A stretch of 64,000 nt of DNA from Bryobacteraceae bacterium. Its GTDB lineage: Bacteria > Acidobacteriota > Terriglobia > Bryobacterales > Bryobacteraceae. The DNA lies in assembly GCA_049511335.1 (NCBI GenBank), contig JBEKYD010000001.1:28097-92096 (forward strand), in the 5' to 3' direction. Below, one piece after another: positions 17,241 through 26,874 of this stretch; positions within the stretch are counted from its first letter, which is position 1; each line of letters starts with the position of its first letter. A model generated the notes under the pieces. The model saw only the letters and a list, made by a program, of their open reading frames with translations, was not told where the DNA came from and searched no databases. The position numbers were made by a program, and so were the translations under genes.

Positions 17241-20200
17241 ATGGAGCCGATTCTGGAGCTGGCAACCCGCATCACGACTCACCTCTGGTTCTTGCACGAT
17301 CTCTTTCCCGAGGAGCCATCTCTTCGAAGGTTGCTAACGGGACCCTGGCGCAAGAAGACCGAACCTAAGGACTACGCGCGATTGCGCAATCTGCTCGATC
17401 TCGCGGACGTGAAAGTGGAGGCTGGCCTGTGGACGGCCGACGCCTGGCTGTGGCCCTACAGGAAGCCTCCCAAGCCAAAGAAGCCACTGTCGTTGCGCGA
17501 ATGGTGGAGATGCCGCTCTTTACGGAAGGATCTTGAACAACTCAGGAAGGATTGGACCGGTCTTGCGAGGCACAAGAGAACGGCCCTTACCACGATAGAG
17601 GCTCGCGTCAAGGCTCTCCGCGATCACCCTCTCGATGAAGGACGCGAAGCTGAGGCATCGGCCGGACGCCAGTTCAGGACTCGCGAAGAACTCTTCGAAT
17701 GGGTTGTCGAGGGGTTGCTCAGGATCGATGTGCTCAGCCGAGTGGAACTGGCGATGGCCTTCATGCCGGATCACAAGTTTTTTGTCGAGGAGCAGATCAC
17801 GCAATCCGCCGAAAGCGCAAGGAGACACCGCGCGCCGCGCGTCTGCCCCGGATTGCCGGAGGAACTACAAGGCGGGCGCCTGCGGCAGAGCAGTCGGTAC
17901 GATATGGCGATGGAGTGGCGGACACTCCTCGATGAGGCCAACACCCTTCAGCGATTCAAACTCCTGCTTGAGCCTACGGAGTTTCGCGAACTGTGCTTGG
18001 TTCTGAGCGTCCCCGTTCCATTTTCGATGGTGCTGCGCGACGAGCTGAACGAAATTGCGCGTTCGCGTACGACGCGCCTGAGTGACACAGAGCCGAGCGG
18101 CATAGACGGAGAGAATCGACTCGCTACGGGGGTCTTCGGGCCGAAATACACCCCCGAACGCCAGGCATTCCGCTCTCGTCTATTCGGTCTTGCGTTTTCG
18201 GGCGGCGGAATTCGCAGCGCCACATTCGCGCTCGGCTTGTTGCAATCGATGGCGGACCGCAACATCTTGCCGCAGGTCGATGTCCTGTCCACGGTCTCGG
18301 GCGGCGGATACATCGGAAGCTGGCTGATTTCCTGGATCAAACGAAAAGGCGGCGTGGCTTCGGTACAACAATCGATGTCGGGCAACGCGACTCCGAAGCC
18401 CTGCGCCAGCGCATCTACCGTGGCGCCCCAGCGTCCCGCGCCCGATCCTTACGGCCAGGTCAGCCGCAATGCCGATCCGGAAAGCGATCACGTGCGGCCG
18501 GTTCGCCTGCTGCGCCATTATGCCAGCTACCTTGCGCCGCGAAACGGCCTGTTCGAGGCCGACACGTGGACCATTGGCGCCACATGGCTGCGCAATACCT
18601 TGCTCAATCTTCTGATCCTGACGGCGTTCTTGGGAGCGCTGATTCTGCTGCCGCGCATTGCCGCCTATTTGCTGGTGCGCCAACTGTTCTTGACGGACAC
18701 GGGGCACACGCCGGCTCTGTCGTGGCGTATGTTCGCGTTAGCAAGCGGCTTCGTATTGGCTGCCTGTTGGGTTATCGGAGCGCGCGATCTATCCAAATTC
18801 GGCCCCTCGCTGAAATCGCGAAAAGCGGGCGGCGCGGTGGCGCGGGGCGACAGCGACGCCGGGGTCGCGCTCACGCTGGGGCTAGCATTGATTGGGACCT
18901 TTTTTGAAATCGCGTTTTTCTGGTACGCGCAGCCCGCCGGCATCGATTGCCGGAGAGGCGGCGAAGCATGGGCGGTGACGGTTCTATTGGCGTGCGTCGT
19001 CCTCGGATTCTTCCGCAACCCGTGGGCGGTCAAAGGATGGAAGTGGTGGAAAATCGCCGTCTCGCTTCTCGCGGGCGCCACGGGCGGCGCGCTTGCCGCC
19101 GGCGTTTATTACATCGTCAAAAGCTATGCCAACGATACGGAACGCGGCGTCTGGTTCGCGGCTAGCATCGGCCTGCCGCTGGCGCTCGCTGCAAACGGCT
19201 TGACTGTGGTCCTCTTCGTCGGCCTGATGGGAAATCTCTTATCGGACGAACAGCGCGAATGGTGGGGCCGCATGGGCGCGCTGCTCTGCATCGCCATTGC
19301 GGCCTGGCTCATTGTCTGCGGCGTGTGTTTCTTCGCGCCTTTGGGTATTGCGCAGCTCGGCATCGCGGCGGCGGGCGCGGGCGGCGCGTGGGCGTTGATT
19401 ACCGGATGGGGCACGAAGCTCGCGTTCAGCCCGAAATCGGGCCGCGACGGCGCCGCCGCGCCGGATTGGAAGACCGCTCTGGGGCTGGCGGTGGCGCCGC
19501 CGGTATTTGTGCTCGGGCTTTTGTGTCTCGCCTCTTTCGGCGCCTTTCTGTTAGTGGATTGGGCGATGACACTGTATCCCCAGGCCGCCTATGCGCCCGT
19601 CTCTCCGGACCTTCTGCGCGCCAGTTCGGCGCCCTCCGCGCGATGGATCGTCAATCACTATTGGCCGCTCCTCTACGCCGGCTCTTACATTCCGCTCGTT
19701 CTGATCTTGGCTCTTGCCGCCGTGTCCCTGCTGCTCGCCTGGCGCGTGGATATTAACCAATTCTCCATGCACAACTTCTACAAGAACCGGCTGGTGCGCT
19801 GCTACTTAGGCGCCTCGCGCGCACGCCGGCATCGGGCCGCGAACGCCTTCACGGGATTCGATCTCGAGGATGACATCCGGCTCGTGCGTTTCCAGCATGC
19901 CGATCGATCGCAGCCGGGAGACATGGCCTTGGATTGCCAGCCGGGCTATGCCGGTCCGTTTCCCATCCTCAATACGGCGCTCAACGTAACTCAGGGCCAA
20001 GATCTCGGATTGCAAGAGAGGAAAGCGGAATCGTTCGTCTTCACGCCGCTGTGGTCGGGTTTCGATTTTTCGCGCAGGCAGGCAGCGGTTAGAAACACGC
20101 AGCTCGGCGAATATGGCTACCGGCAAACGAGAGAGTTCGGCGAACCCGAGAACCTCGGCGCCTCGTTGGGGACGGCGATGGCCATCTCAGGCGCGGCCTT

Positions 20201-20984
20201 CAATTCCAACATGGGCTTCCACACTACGCCCGCGCTGGCCTTTCTGCTGACGGTGTTCGGAGTCCGGCTCGGGTGGTGGGCCGGCAACCCGCGCTTTCCA
20301 ACCTGGGAGTGTCCCTCGCCGCCATTGGGTATCGGACCATTGGCCCGCGAGCTGACCGCGAACACCACCACCGATTCCGATTTCGTCTTACTGAGCGATG
20401 GCGGCCACTTCGAGAATATGGGTCTGTATGAGTTGGTGCGGAGGCGGTGCCGGTATGTCATCGTGGTGGATGCCGAGGAAGACGAGAAGTTCAAGCTCGA
20501 AGGCATAGGCGGCGCCATTCGCAAGTGCCGCATCGATTTCGGCGTGGTGATCGATTTGAACCTGGAGGTGCTGCAGCCGCTCGGAGATCCGGCCGTCAGC
20601 AAGCTGCACTATTCGCTCGCCAGCGTTCGTTATCCCGGCGAGGAGGAATGCGGTCGCTTGATCTACATCAAATCGTCGGTCACAGGCGATGAACCGGTGG
20701 ATGTGGTCGAGTTCCGCAAGCGGCATCCCGAATTCCCCCACACGTCTACCGCCGACCAGTTTTTTGACGAATCGCACTTTGAAAGCTACCGGGCTCTGGG
20801 CCAGCATGTGGGCGGGGGAATCTTCCTCCATGATGTGAAGTCGGGGCCGATCGAAGCGGACGAACCGCTGGGACAGCGAGTGGACGAGTTGTTCCGCGGC
20901 GTGGAGGGCGCCTGGAAGCTACGCCTGGCGGCGGTCGAAAAAGAGAAAAAGGGGGAAGGGAAGAGCGGTGATAAAAAAGCGTGA
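17241..20984 (+). CDS. giant patatin/cPLA2-like phospholipase with an inserted polytopic membrane domain
   Basis: GGAGGGA sits 7 nt before the ATG.
- Oxyanion motif: FSGGGIRS (nt 18201-18215 for GGGIR).
- Nucleophile: TVSGGGY (Ser353, nt 18297).
- Asp motif: LSDGGHFENMG (Asp1053, nt 20397).
- Roughly ten hydrophobic helices lie between about aa 445 and 845. Confidence 0.9.
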   Translation: MEPILELATRITTHLWFLHDLFPEEPSLRRLLTGPWRKKTEPKDYARLRNLLDLADVKVEAGLWTADAWLWPYRKPPKPKKPLSLREWWRCRSLRKDLEQLRKDWTGLARHKRTALTTIEARVKALRDHPLDEGREAEASAGRQFRTREELFEWVVEGLLRIDVLSRVELAMAFMPDHKFFVEEQITQSAESARRHRAPRVCPGLPEELQGGRLRQSSRYDMAMEWRTLLDEANTLQRFKLLLEPTEFRELCLVLSVPVPFSMVLRDELNEIARSRTTRLSDTEPSGIDGENRLATGVFGPKYTPERQAFRSRLFGLAFSGGGIRSATFALGLLQSMADRNILPQVDVLSTVSGGGYIGSWLISWIKRKGGVASVQQSMSGNATPKPCASASTVAPQRPAPDPYGQVSRNADPESDHVRPVRLLRHYASYLAPRNGLFEADTWTIGATWLRNTLLNLLILTAFLGALILLPRIAAYLLVRQLFLTDTGHTPALSWRMFALASGFVLAACWVIGARDLSKFGPSLKSRKAGGAVARGDSDAGVALTLGLALIGTFFEIAFFWYAQPAGIDCRRGGEAWAVTVLLACVVLGFFRNPWAVKGWKWWKIAVSLLAGATGGALAAGVYYIVKSYANDTERGVWFAASIGLPLALAANGLTVVLFVGLMGNLLSDEQREWWGRMGALLCIAIAAWLIVCGVCFFAPLGIAQLGIAAAGAGGAWALITGWGTKLAFSPKSGRDGAAAPDWKTALGLAVAPPVFVLGLLCLASFGAFLLVDWAMTLYPQAAYAPVSPDLLRASSAPSARWIVNHYWPLLYAGSYIPLVLILALAAVSLLLAWRVDINQFSMHNFYKNRLVRCYLGASRARRHRAANAFTGFDLEDDIRLVRFQHADRSQPGDMALDCQPGYAGPFPILNTALNVTQGQDLGLQERKAESFVFTPLWSGFDFSRRQAAVRNTQLGEYGYRQTREFGEPENLGASLGTAMAISGAAFNSNMGFHTTPALAFLLTVFGVRLGWWAGNPRFPTWECPSPPLGIGPLARELTANTTTDSDFVLLSDGGHFENMGLYELVRRRCRYVIVVDAEEDEKFKLEGIGGAIRKCRIDFGVVIDLNLEVLQPLGDPAVSKLHYSLASVRYPGEEECGRLIYIKSSVTGDEPVDVVEFRKRHPEFPHTSTADQFFDESHFESYRALGQHVGGGIFLHDVKSGPIEADEPLGQRVDELFRGVEGAWKLRLAAVEKEKKGEGKSGDKKA

Positions 20985-22026
20985 TTTGTCGATCGCCTTG
21001 GCGGTCATAGTTATGTTCGCAGCTCTGATCTATGCGGGTAGGCGCGAGCGGCGCCCAATCTTAGACAGGATCGGCGAGGTGAATCTGTGGCCGGCGGTTG
21101 CCGCTTCCGGAATTGCAGCGCGGCCGGCAGCGCAAGATTTTCCGTTTAGGGTCGATGATCAGGCCGAGGTGCTGGAGACGGGGCTGCAAGATGTTCGCGG
21201 GCTGGCGTGCCGGGACGACGACGTATATGTGGCCGAAGGGAACGGCAGAGTTTTGAAGTACCCGGGGAACGTCCGCATCGTTGCGCCTGTAACGGACGCA
21301 GGCGAACCGGTGAAAATCGACCTAAGAGGCGCGGCAGTCCATGGCGATTCCCTTCTGCTCGCCGATTTCGGCCGCGGTATCGTCGTCGACCGTCCAGCGC
21401 CGCCGGGCGATATACGGGAACAAGCCATCAGCGGCAAAGAGATTTCTGGCCCGTGCGGAATCGCCGTGGCGGCGGACGGCGCGCTCTTTGTAACCGACGA
21501 CCGTCCGTGGCCGAAGCCCGGGAGCGAAGCGGCATTTGAGACAGCCGACTGTTCGCGTTGGCTGGATAAAGGAAGTCCACGAATCTTTGGGTCCGTATTT
21601 ATGGCCCCGGCCGCGGCCGCCCCTGCGCCATACTCGTGGACGATCGTCCAAACCCGGCTGAGGCATCCTTCGGGGATCGCGGCGGTGGGAGCGAACGGCC
21701 CGGTTTACTTAGCGGAGGCGGATGACACGGAAGTACGATGGCCGGTGATTGAGTGGAGCGGCACGGAGTGGGTGCAACGGAAAGCGCTCGGCTCTGCGCC
21801 AATCGAAGGCAGAAAACTGTCCCCGTTCCTGGGCGTGGCGCTTTCCCCGCAGGGCCGATTCATCTTCGCGGCTGGTCCGAAGGGACTATACGTATTCAGC
21901 CGAACTTCAATGCTCGGACAGATGGTATTCGAAGAGCCGGTGGGCGGTGTGGCAGCTTGCGGCCGCACACTTTACCTGACCGTAGGCCAGCGCCTTTGCC
22001 GCATCTGGCTGCATAAGACAGCTTAG
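20968..22026 (+). CDS. N-terminally TM-anchored beta-propeller protein (NHL / SMP-30-like repeats)
   Basis: GTG start overlaps the patatin stop by 17 nt and is preceded by GGGGGAAGGG. TM helix LSIALAVIVMFAALIYA. Repeats of the type GPCGIAVAADGALFVTD, PSGIAAVGANGPVYLAE and LGVALSPQGRFIFAAG. Confidence 0.8.
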   Translation: MIKKRDLSIALAVIVMFAALIYAGRRERRPILDRIGEVNLWPAVAASGIAARPAAQDFPFRVDDQAEVLETGLQDVRGLACRDDDVYVAEGNGRVLKYPGNVRIVAPVTDAGEPVKIDLRGAAVHGDSLLLADFGRGIVVDRPAPPGDIREQAISGKEISGPCGIAVAADGALFVTDDRPWPKPGSEAAFETADCSRWLDKGSPRIFGSVFMAPAAAAPAPYSWTIVQTRLRHPSGIAAVGANGPVYLAEADDTEVRWPVIEWSGTEWVQRKALGSAPIEGRKLSPFLGVALSPQGRFIFAAGPKGLYVFSRTSMLGQMVFEEPVGGVAACGRTLYLTVGQRLCRIWLHKTA

Positions 22027-22056
22027 TCCACTACTTCATAAGTTCACCTACGTATT

Positions 22057-22136
22057 CCCGGGCAACCGCTTCCTAACGGTCGCGGCTCGGAGACGCGCGA
22101 AACGGAGCCGCGACCGTTAGGGAGCGGTTTGCCCGG
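22057..22136. repeat. REP family 1, complete hairpin (80 bp)
   Basis: Arms CCCGGGCAACCGCTTCCTAACGGTCGCGGCTC and GAGCCGCGACCGTTAGGGAGCGGTTTGCCCGGG are complementary with 1 indel and 1 mismatch. Lies between convergent genes, so it is a likely bidirectional terminator. Confidence 0.85.
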
Positions 22137-22194
22137 GATGTTACCGAACTTCCGAAGTGATGTAATTAGTGAAAAGCAACGGGCGACGCTCTTC

Positions 22195-23310
22195 CTACTT
22201 CTTCACAAACACGACCGAAACCGGCGATGGGACCTCCAGTGTAGAGCCTGTTGGGGCAAGCTGCCCGGTCTTTCGGTCGATCCGAAAAACCACGACGTTG
22301 TCCGAGTTCTCGTTACCCGCCAGCAGGTACGCGCCGGTGGGGTCGATCGCAAATGCGCGCGGTGTCTTGCCGCCGGTAGACACATGGCCGAGCGCGGTCA
22401 GCTTGCCGTCAGCCGCATGGATGGCGAAGATGGCGATGGAATTGTATTCGCGCAGCGAAGCGTAGAGGAACCGTCCAGCCGGATCGATGGCGATCTCCGC
22501 GCCGCTCCGGACGCCGGTGTACCCCGCGGGCAGGGCATCGATGGTCTCGATCTCTTGCAGCACGCCGGCGCTCGCATCGTAGCGGCAGGCCACCACTCTC
22601 GCTCCCATCTCCGTCAGTACGTAAACCAAACGGCCGTTCGGGTGAAATGCCAGATGCCGCGGGCCGTAGCCGGAGGCAATCTTGAAGAACGGCGGATCGT
22701 TAGCCGCCAGCGAGCCCTTCGCCCGGTCGATCCGATAAACCATCACTTTATCCAGCCCGAGGTCCGGCACCAGCAGGAAGCGATTGTCGGGTGAAACGAA
22801 CACGCCGTGCGCGTGGGGGCCTTTCTGCCGGTCTGGGTTGATGCTGCTACCGGTATGCTGCACGAATCCCGAAAGTTCTCCCAACGTGCCGTCCTTGTGT
22901 ACCGGATATGCTTCGACGCTGCCGCTGCCGTAGTCGGCGGCAAACAGCCAATCGCCAGTCTTATCCAGGGTAAGATGGCACGGGCCGGAACCGCGCGACT
23001 TGACCCGGTTGAGCAGCTTCAGCCGGCCTGACTGCCCATCGATAGCGAAGGCGCTGACTCCGCCGTCGCCCTGTTCGTGAACCGCGTAGAGGAACTGCCC
23101 GTTGGGGTGGACCGCCAGAAACGCCGGATTCGCCGTTTCCGCCGCCAGACCGATGGAAGCAAACTTTCCGTCGGCGGGATCGAAGCGGTAAGCATAAATG
23201 CCCTTACTCTTGTCCGTGTGTGTGTAAGTGCCGAAGTAAGCGACGTACTGGGCAAACATGGCCGGCGTGAACGCCGCGGCCATCGCGAAACTACGTAAGA
23301 TCGTCATCAT
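22195..23310 (-). CDS. secreted 7-bladed beta-propeller lactonase (6-phosphogluconolactonase/Pgl-like family)
   Basis: Signal peptide MMTILRSFAMAAAFTPAMFAQ. Family-typical segments GIYAYRFDPADGK, GPCHLTLDKTGDWLF, GPRHLAFHPNGRLVYV and DNVVVFRIDRKTG. Confidence 0.9.
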   Translation of the reverse strand: MMTILRSFAMAAAFTPAMFAQYVAYFGTYTHTDKSKGIYAYRFDPADGKFASIGLAAETANPAFLAVHPNGQFLYAVHEQGDGGVSAFAIDGQSGRLKLLNRVKSRGSGPCHLTLDKTGDWLFAADYGSGSVEAYPVHKDGTLGELSGFVQHTGSSINPDRQKGPHAHGVFVSPDNRFLLVPDLGLDKVMVYRIDRAKGSLAANDPPFFKIASGYGPRHLAFHPNGRLVYVLTEMGARVVACRYDASAGVLQEIETIDALPAGYTGVRSGAEIAIDPAGRFLYASLREYNSIAIFAIHAADGKLTALGHVSTGGKTPRAFAIDPTGAYLLAGNENSDNVVVFRIDRKTGQLAPTGSTLEVPSPVSVVFVKK

Positions 23311-23322
23311 TTGATCCCCACC

Positions 23323-25560
23323 CTACTTCCCGCCCGCCGTCAGATCGAAGTTTCCACGCAACCGAATATCGCGCGACGATGTCCCGACCCGCACTTCGAA
23401 CCTACCGGGCTCCGAGACCCACTCCTTTTTCGACGGGCTGTAGAACGACATCGCGCCGCGGTCGAGCGTGAATTTCACCGGCTGCACTTCGCCGGGCTTC
23501 AAGACCACTCGCCGAAATCCTTTCAACTCCTGAACCGGGCGGTCGACACTCGATTTCACGTCGTGCACATAGACCTGCACGACTTCAGCGCCTGCCCGCG
23601 ACCCGCTATTGCGGACCTGGAGGGCGACATCGACCGGCGCGCCCGCGGCAACCTGCGCCGGTGCGATTCGCAAATCGCTCAAATCGAACTTCGAATACGA
23701 CAAGCCATGGCCGAACGGGAACAAAGGCTCGACGTTGCGCGTATCGAAATACCGGTAGCCGACGTAAATGCCCTCGGCATACGCGACGTGCAGATTGGTT
23801 CCGGGGTAGTGGCCATATGCCGGTGAATTTTCCCATTTCTTGGGGAAAGTGACCGGCAGTTTTCCGGAGGGATTGGCCACACCGAACAGGATGTCGGCGA
23901 TTGCGTTGCCGCCCTCCTGGCCGCCATACCACATGTCCAGAATGGCGGGGACCCGATCCACCCAACGATCCATCGCCACCGGCGAGCCCGCATTGATCAC
24001 CACGACCGTGTTCCGATTGGCCTTCACCACGGCCTCGATGAGCTCATCCTGGCCCGCCGGGAGGTTCATGGTCTTACGGTCGAAATCTTCGGACTCGATC
24101 GAGGCCGCGTTCCCGGCCACGACGATTGCCACATCGGCCTTCGCCGCCAGAGCCGCTGCCTCTTTCCGCAGTTGTTCCCGAATCGCCGGCGCGTCTTTGG
24201 CGGCGTCTTCTCCCTCCATGGACACTCCCAAAGCATAGTCGACCTTCACGCCGCTGCCGGCGCGCTCGCGGATACCGTCGAGCGGCTTCACGGCATATTT
24301 CGGGCGGACCAGCGAACTCCCGCCGCCGCCCGTACGGGCGACCGCCGCGTTGGGCCCAATCACCGCGATCGAATGGAGCCGGGCGGCGCTGAGTGGCAAC
24401 AGGCTACCTTGGTTCTTCAGCAGCACGATGCCTTCGGTTGCCGCGGTGCGCGCCACCGCCCTCTGTTCGGGCGTGTCCACCGGGCCGCCTCCCGGATGCT
24501 GTTTTTGAAATAAACCGCTGGCGAAGAGAACTCGTAAAATGCTGCCGGCGTTCTGGTCGATTGCCGCCTGGGAGATCTTCCCCGCCTTCACTTCCGCAAG
24601 GACCTTATCGGGCGTGAGCCACCCGCAACCGTTTCCGTCCCTTTGCGTCGACGGTTTGACCAGCCAGTCGCGCATGGCCTGGCCGCCCGGCATCTCCAAA
24701 TCCATCCCCGCGTTCACCGTCCCCGCGGTGCTGTACGTGCTTCCCCAATCGGAGATCACGAAGCCGCGGAACCCCCACTGTTTTCTGAGGATGTCGTGCA
24801 GGAGGTAAGTATTCTCAGCGCAGTAGAACCCGTTCACCTTGTTATATGCGTTCATCACCGACCAGACGCCGGCCTCCTCCACGGCGGCCTTGAATGCCGG
24901 GAGGTAGATTTCGTGCAGGGCGCGTTCGTCGATGCTCTCATCGATCCGGTGCCGCTCAAACTCCTGGTTGTTGGCGGCGAAATGTTTGACGGTGGCGATC
25001 ACTCCCTCGCCTTGCACGCCTCGGATGTAGGCCACGGCGAGCCGTCCCGCCAGATACGGGTCTTCTCCGTATCCTTCGAAATCCCGGCCCCAGAGGGGCA
25101 CGCGGTTGATGTTGACGGTCGGCCCGAGAATCATATCGCGGCCCAGAGCCTTGACTTCCTGCCCAATCGCCTGACCTTCGCGTTCGACCAGTACGGGGTC
25201 CCAGGTGGCTGCCATCGCCACACCCGCCGGGAAGGCAGTGCTGGTGACGGTAGTCGCGGTGGCAGTCGTAATCGCGGAACTTCCCAGCCACGACCGGACA
25301 CCCATTGGTCCGTCGGCCATCTTGATGCTCGGAATACCCAGCCGCGCGTTCGGCGTGGTTTCCATCCAACCGGCCCCGGCCAGCATCGCTGCTTTCTCTT
25401 CCAGGGTCATCCGGCGCAACAGGTCGGAGACGCGTTGTTCGACGCCGGAACTGGCGTCCCTATCGGCTGGCGCTGCGCCGGCGCGCGGCGTCTGGGCGCT
25501 CAGCAACAGCCCGACACCCGCGGCAACGACAATGACAAGAACAAAATAAATCGGTCGCAT
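23323..25560 (-). CDS. glycoside hydrolase family 3 beta-glucosidase (BglX-like), secreted
   Basis: Start set to the ATG at 25560 (MRPIYFVLVIVVAAGVGLLLSAQ). Motifs GPMGVR, KHFAANNQE and the catalytic-Asp region GFVISDWGS. C-terminal Fn3-like domain (VVQVYVHD...LKGFRRVVLKPGE). Confidence 0.9.
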   Translation of the reverse strand: MRPIYFVLVIVVAAGVGLLLSAQTPRAGAAPADRDASSGVEQRVSDLLRRMTLEEKAAMLAGAGWMETTPNARLGIPSIKMADGPMGVRSWLGSSAITTATATTVTSTAFPAGVAMAATWDPVLVEREGQAIGQEVKALGRDMILGPTVNINRVPLWGRDFEGYGEDPYLAGRLAVAYIRGVQGEGVIATVKHFAANNQEFERHRIDESIDERALHEIYLPAFKAAVEEAGVWSVMNAYNKVNGFYCAENTYLLHDILRKQWGFRGFVISDWGSTYSTAGTVNAGMDLEMPGGQAMRDWLVKPSTQRDGNGCGWLTPDKVLAEVKAGKISQAAIDQNAGSILRVLFASGLFQKQHPGGGPVDTPEQRAVARTAATEGIVLLKNQGSLLPLSAARLHSIAVIGPNAAVARTGGGGSSLVRPKYAVKPLDGIRERAGSGVKVDYALGVSMEGEDAAKDAPAIREQLRKEAAALAAKADVAIVVAGNAASIESEDFDRKTMNLPAGQDELIEAVVKANRNTVVVINAGSPVAMDRWVDRVPAILDMWYGGQEGGNAIADILFGVANPSGKLPVTFPKKWENSPAYGHYPGTNLHVAYAEGIYVGYRYFDTRNVEPLFPFGHGLSYSKFDLSDLRIAPAQVAAGAPVDVALQVRNSGSRAGAEVVQVYVHDVKSSVDRPVQELKGFRRVVLKPGEVQPVKFTLDRGAMSFYSPSKKEWVSEPGRFEVRVGTSSRDIRLRGNFDLTAGGK

Positions 25561-25765
25561 ATGGAACATCACCTCGGATTCACACCCGCACGAAGCGCAT
25601 GCACGCTCCGAAGCGAGGATAGTATCAGGCATACCTTCATTTGTACAGTTGACAAAAACCGCTGCTTCGATCCCTGCGATCGTGAAACACAGCCGCCGCC
25701 AATGGAGAGTCGAGTCAAGCGAAAGTATTTACTTTACGAATCGATTGGTTTCGCCTATATTGCTT

Positions 25766-26812
25766 ATGGACGCGGGCGAAAAGCTTACTCCAGCGGGCAG
25801 CGGGTCTGGCGCCCGCCCGTCGGTCACAGTGGAGGAACCGGTGATTCAAAGAGCAATCCCTTTTATACGGCGCAGGACTTTCGTGGGGGCCGCGTTTGCC
25901 GGCCTGGGCATTACGGGGCTCGGCGCCAAGCCGCCTAAGCCGAAGGCCGGCGATACGCCGATGCGGGAATTCGGCAAGACCGGCGTGAAACTGACGATCG
26001 TCGGCCAGGCCGGCGCCCGCCTGGCCCTGCTGCGCACCAAGGAGGCCGCGCGGCTTCAGGTGCACCACGCTTACGATCTGGGACTGAACTATTTCGATTG
26101 CGCGCATTCGTACTGGGACGGGCACTCCGAAGAGGTTTACGGCGACGTGCTTTCCGACGTTCGCAAGAATGTCTTCATCACCACTAAGTGCACCAAGCGC
26201 ACGCGGAAGGAAGCCGACGACGAACTGACTCTCTCTCTCCGCAGCTTGAAGACGGACTACCTGGACTTGTGGCAGATGCACGCCATCCAGGACCAGACGG
26301 ATGTGGAGAAGATCTTCGCGCCCGGCGGGGCCATAGAGGCCTTCGAAGCGGCCAAAAAGGCCGGCAAGTGCCGGTTCTTTGGCTTCACCGGACACCACGA
26401 TCCCAACACTCACGTGGCCATGCTGAAGGCCTACGAGAAGTGGGATTCGATTCTGATGCCGCTGCATGCGGCCGATCCTTCGTACTTGAGTTTTGAAAAG
26501 ATCACCCTGCCGCTGGCGGTGGAGCGGGGCATTGGCATCCAAGCCATGAAGGTATTCGCCAATGCGTTCCTGTTGCGCGTGATGAATGCGGAGGAATGCC
26601 TGAAGTACGCTCTCAGCCTGCCTATTCATTGCGCCACCGTCGGCTGCAGCACCCTGGGACAACTGGACGATGACGTGCGCTTCGCGCAGAACTTCAAACC
26701 GTACACGCCGGAGGAGATGGAGGGTCTGCGCAAGATCGCCGTTACAGCCGGGCCGGGCGGCTTGAAGGGGCCGGCCTTGGAATACTGGAAGATCGGCGGC
26801 GACTGGAAGTAG
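25766..26812 (+). CDS. aldo/keto reductase with twin-arginine signal peptide
   Basis: Tat motif IPFIRRRTFVGAAFAGLGITGLGA. AKR core: FDCAHSYWDGHSEEVYG, ITTKC, DYLDLWQMHA, FGFTGH. The start could be the ATG at 25766 or the downstream in-frame GTG (VIQRAIPF). Confidence 0.85.
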   Translation: MDAGEKLTPAGSGSGARPSVTVEEPVIQRAIPFIRRRTFVGAAFAGLGITGLGAKPPKPKAGDTPMREFGKTGVKLTIVGQAGARLALLRTKEAARLQVHHAYDLGLNYFDCAHSYWDGHSEEVYGDVLSDVRKNVFITTKCTKRTRKEADDELTLSLRSLKTDYLDLWQMHAIQDQTDVEKIFAPGGAIEAFEAAKKAGKCRFFGFTGHHDPNTHVAMLKAYEKWDSILMPLHAADPSYLSFEKITLPLAVERGIGIQAMKVFANAFLLRVMNAEECLKYALSLPIHCATVGCSTLGQLDDDVRFAQNFKPYTPEEMEGLRKIAVTAGPGGLKGPALEYWKIGGDWK

Positions 26813-26874
26813 GTCATCGCCATACCGCGCCTGACATTCGCTTCGCCCCCGGCAATTTCGGTATCGCCACCGCC

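Noticed and set aside
22129-22794. A 221-aa plus-strand ORF downstream of the propeller gene.
   Set aside because: It starts inside the REP hairpin and runs antisense through the lactonase gene. It has Arg-rich composition.
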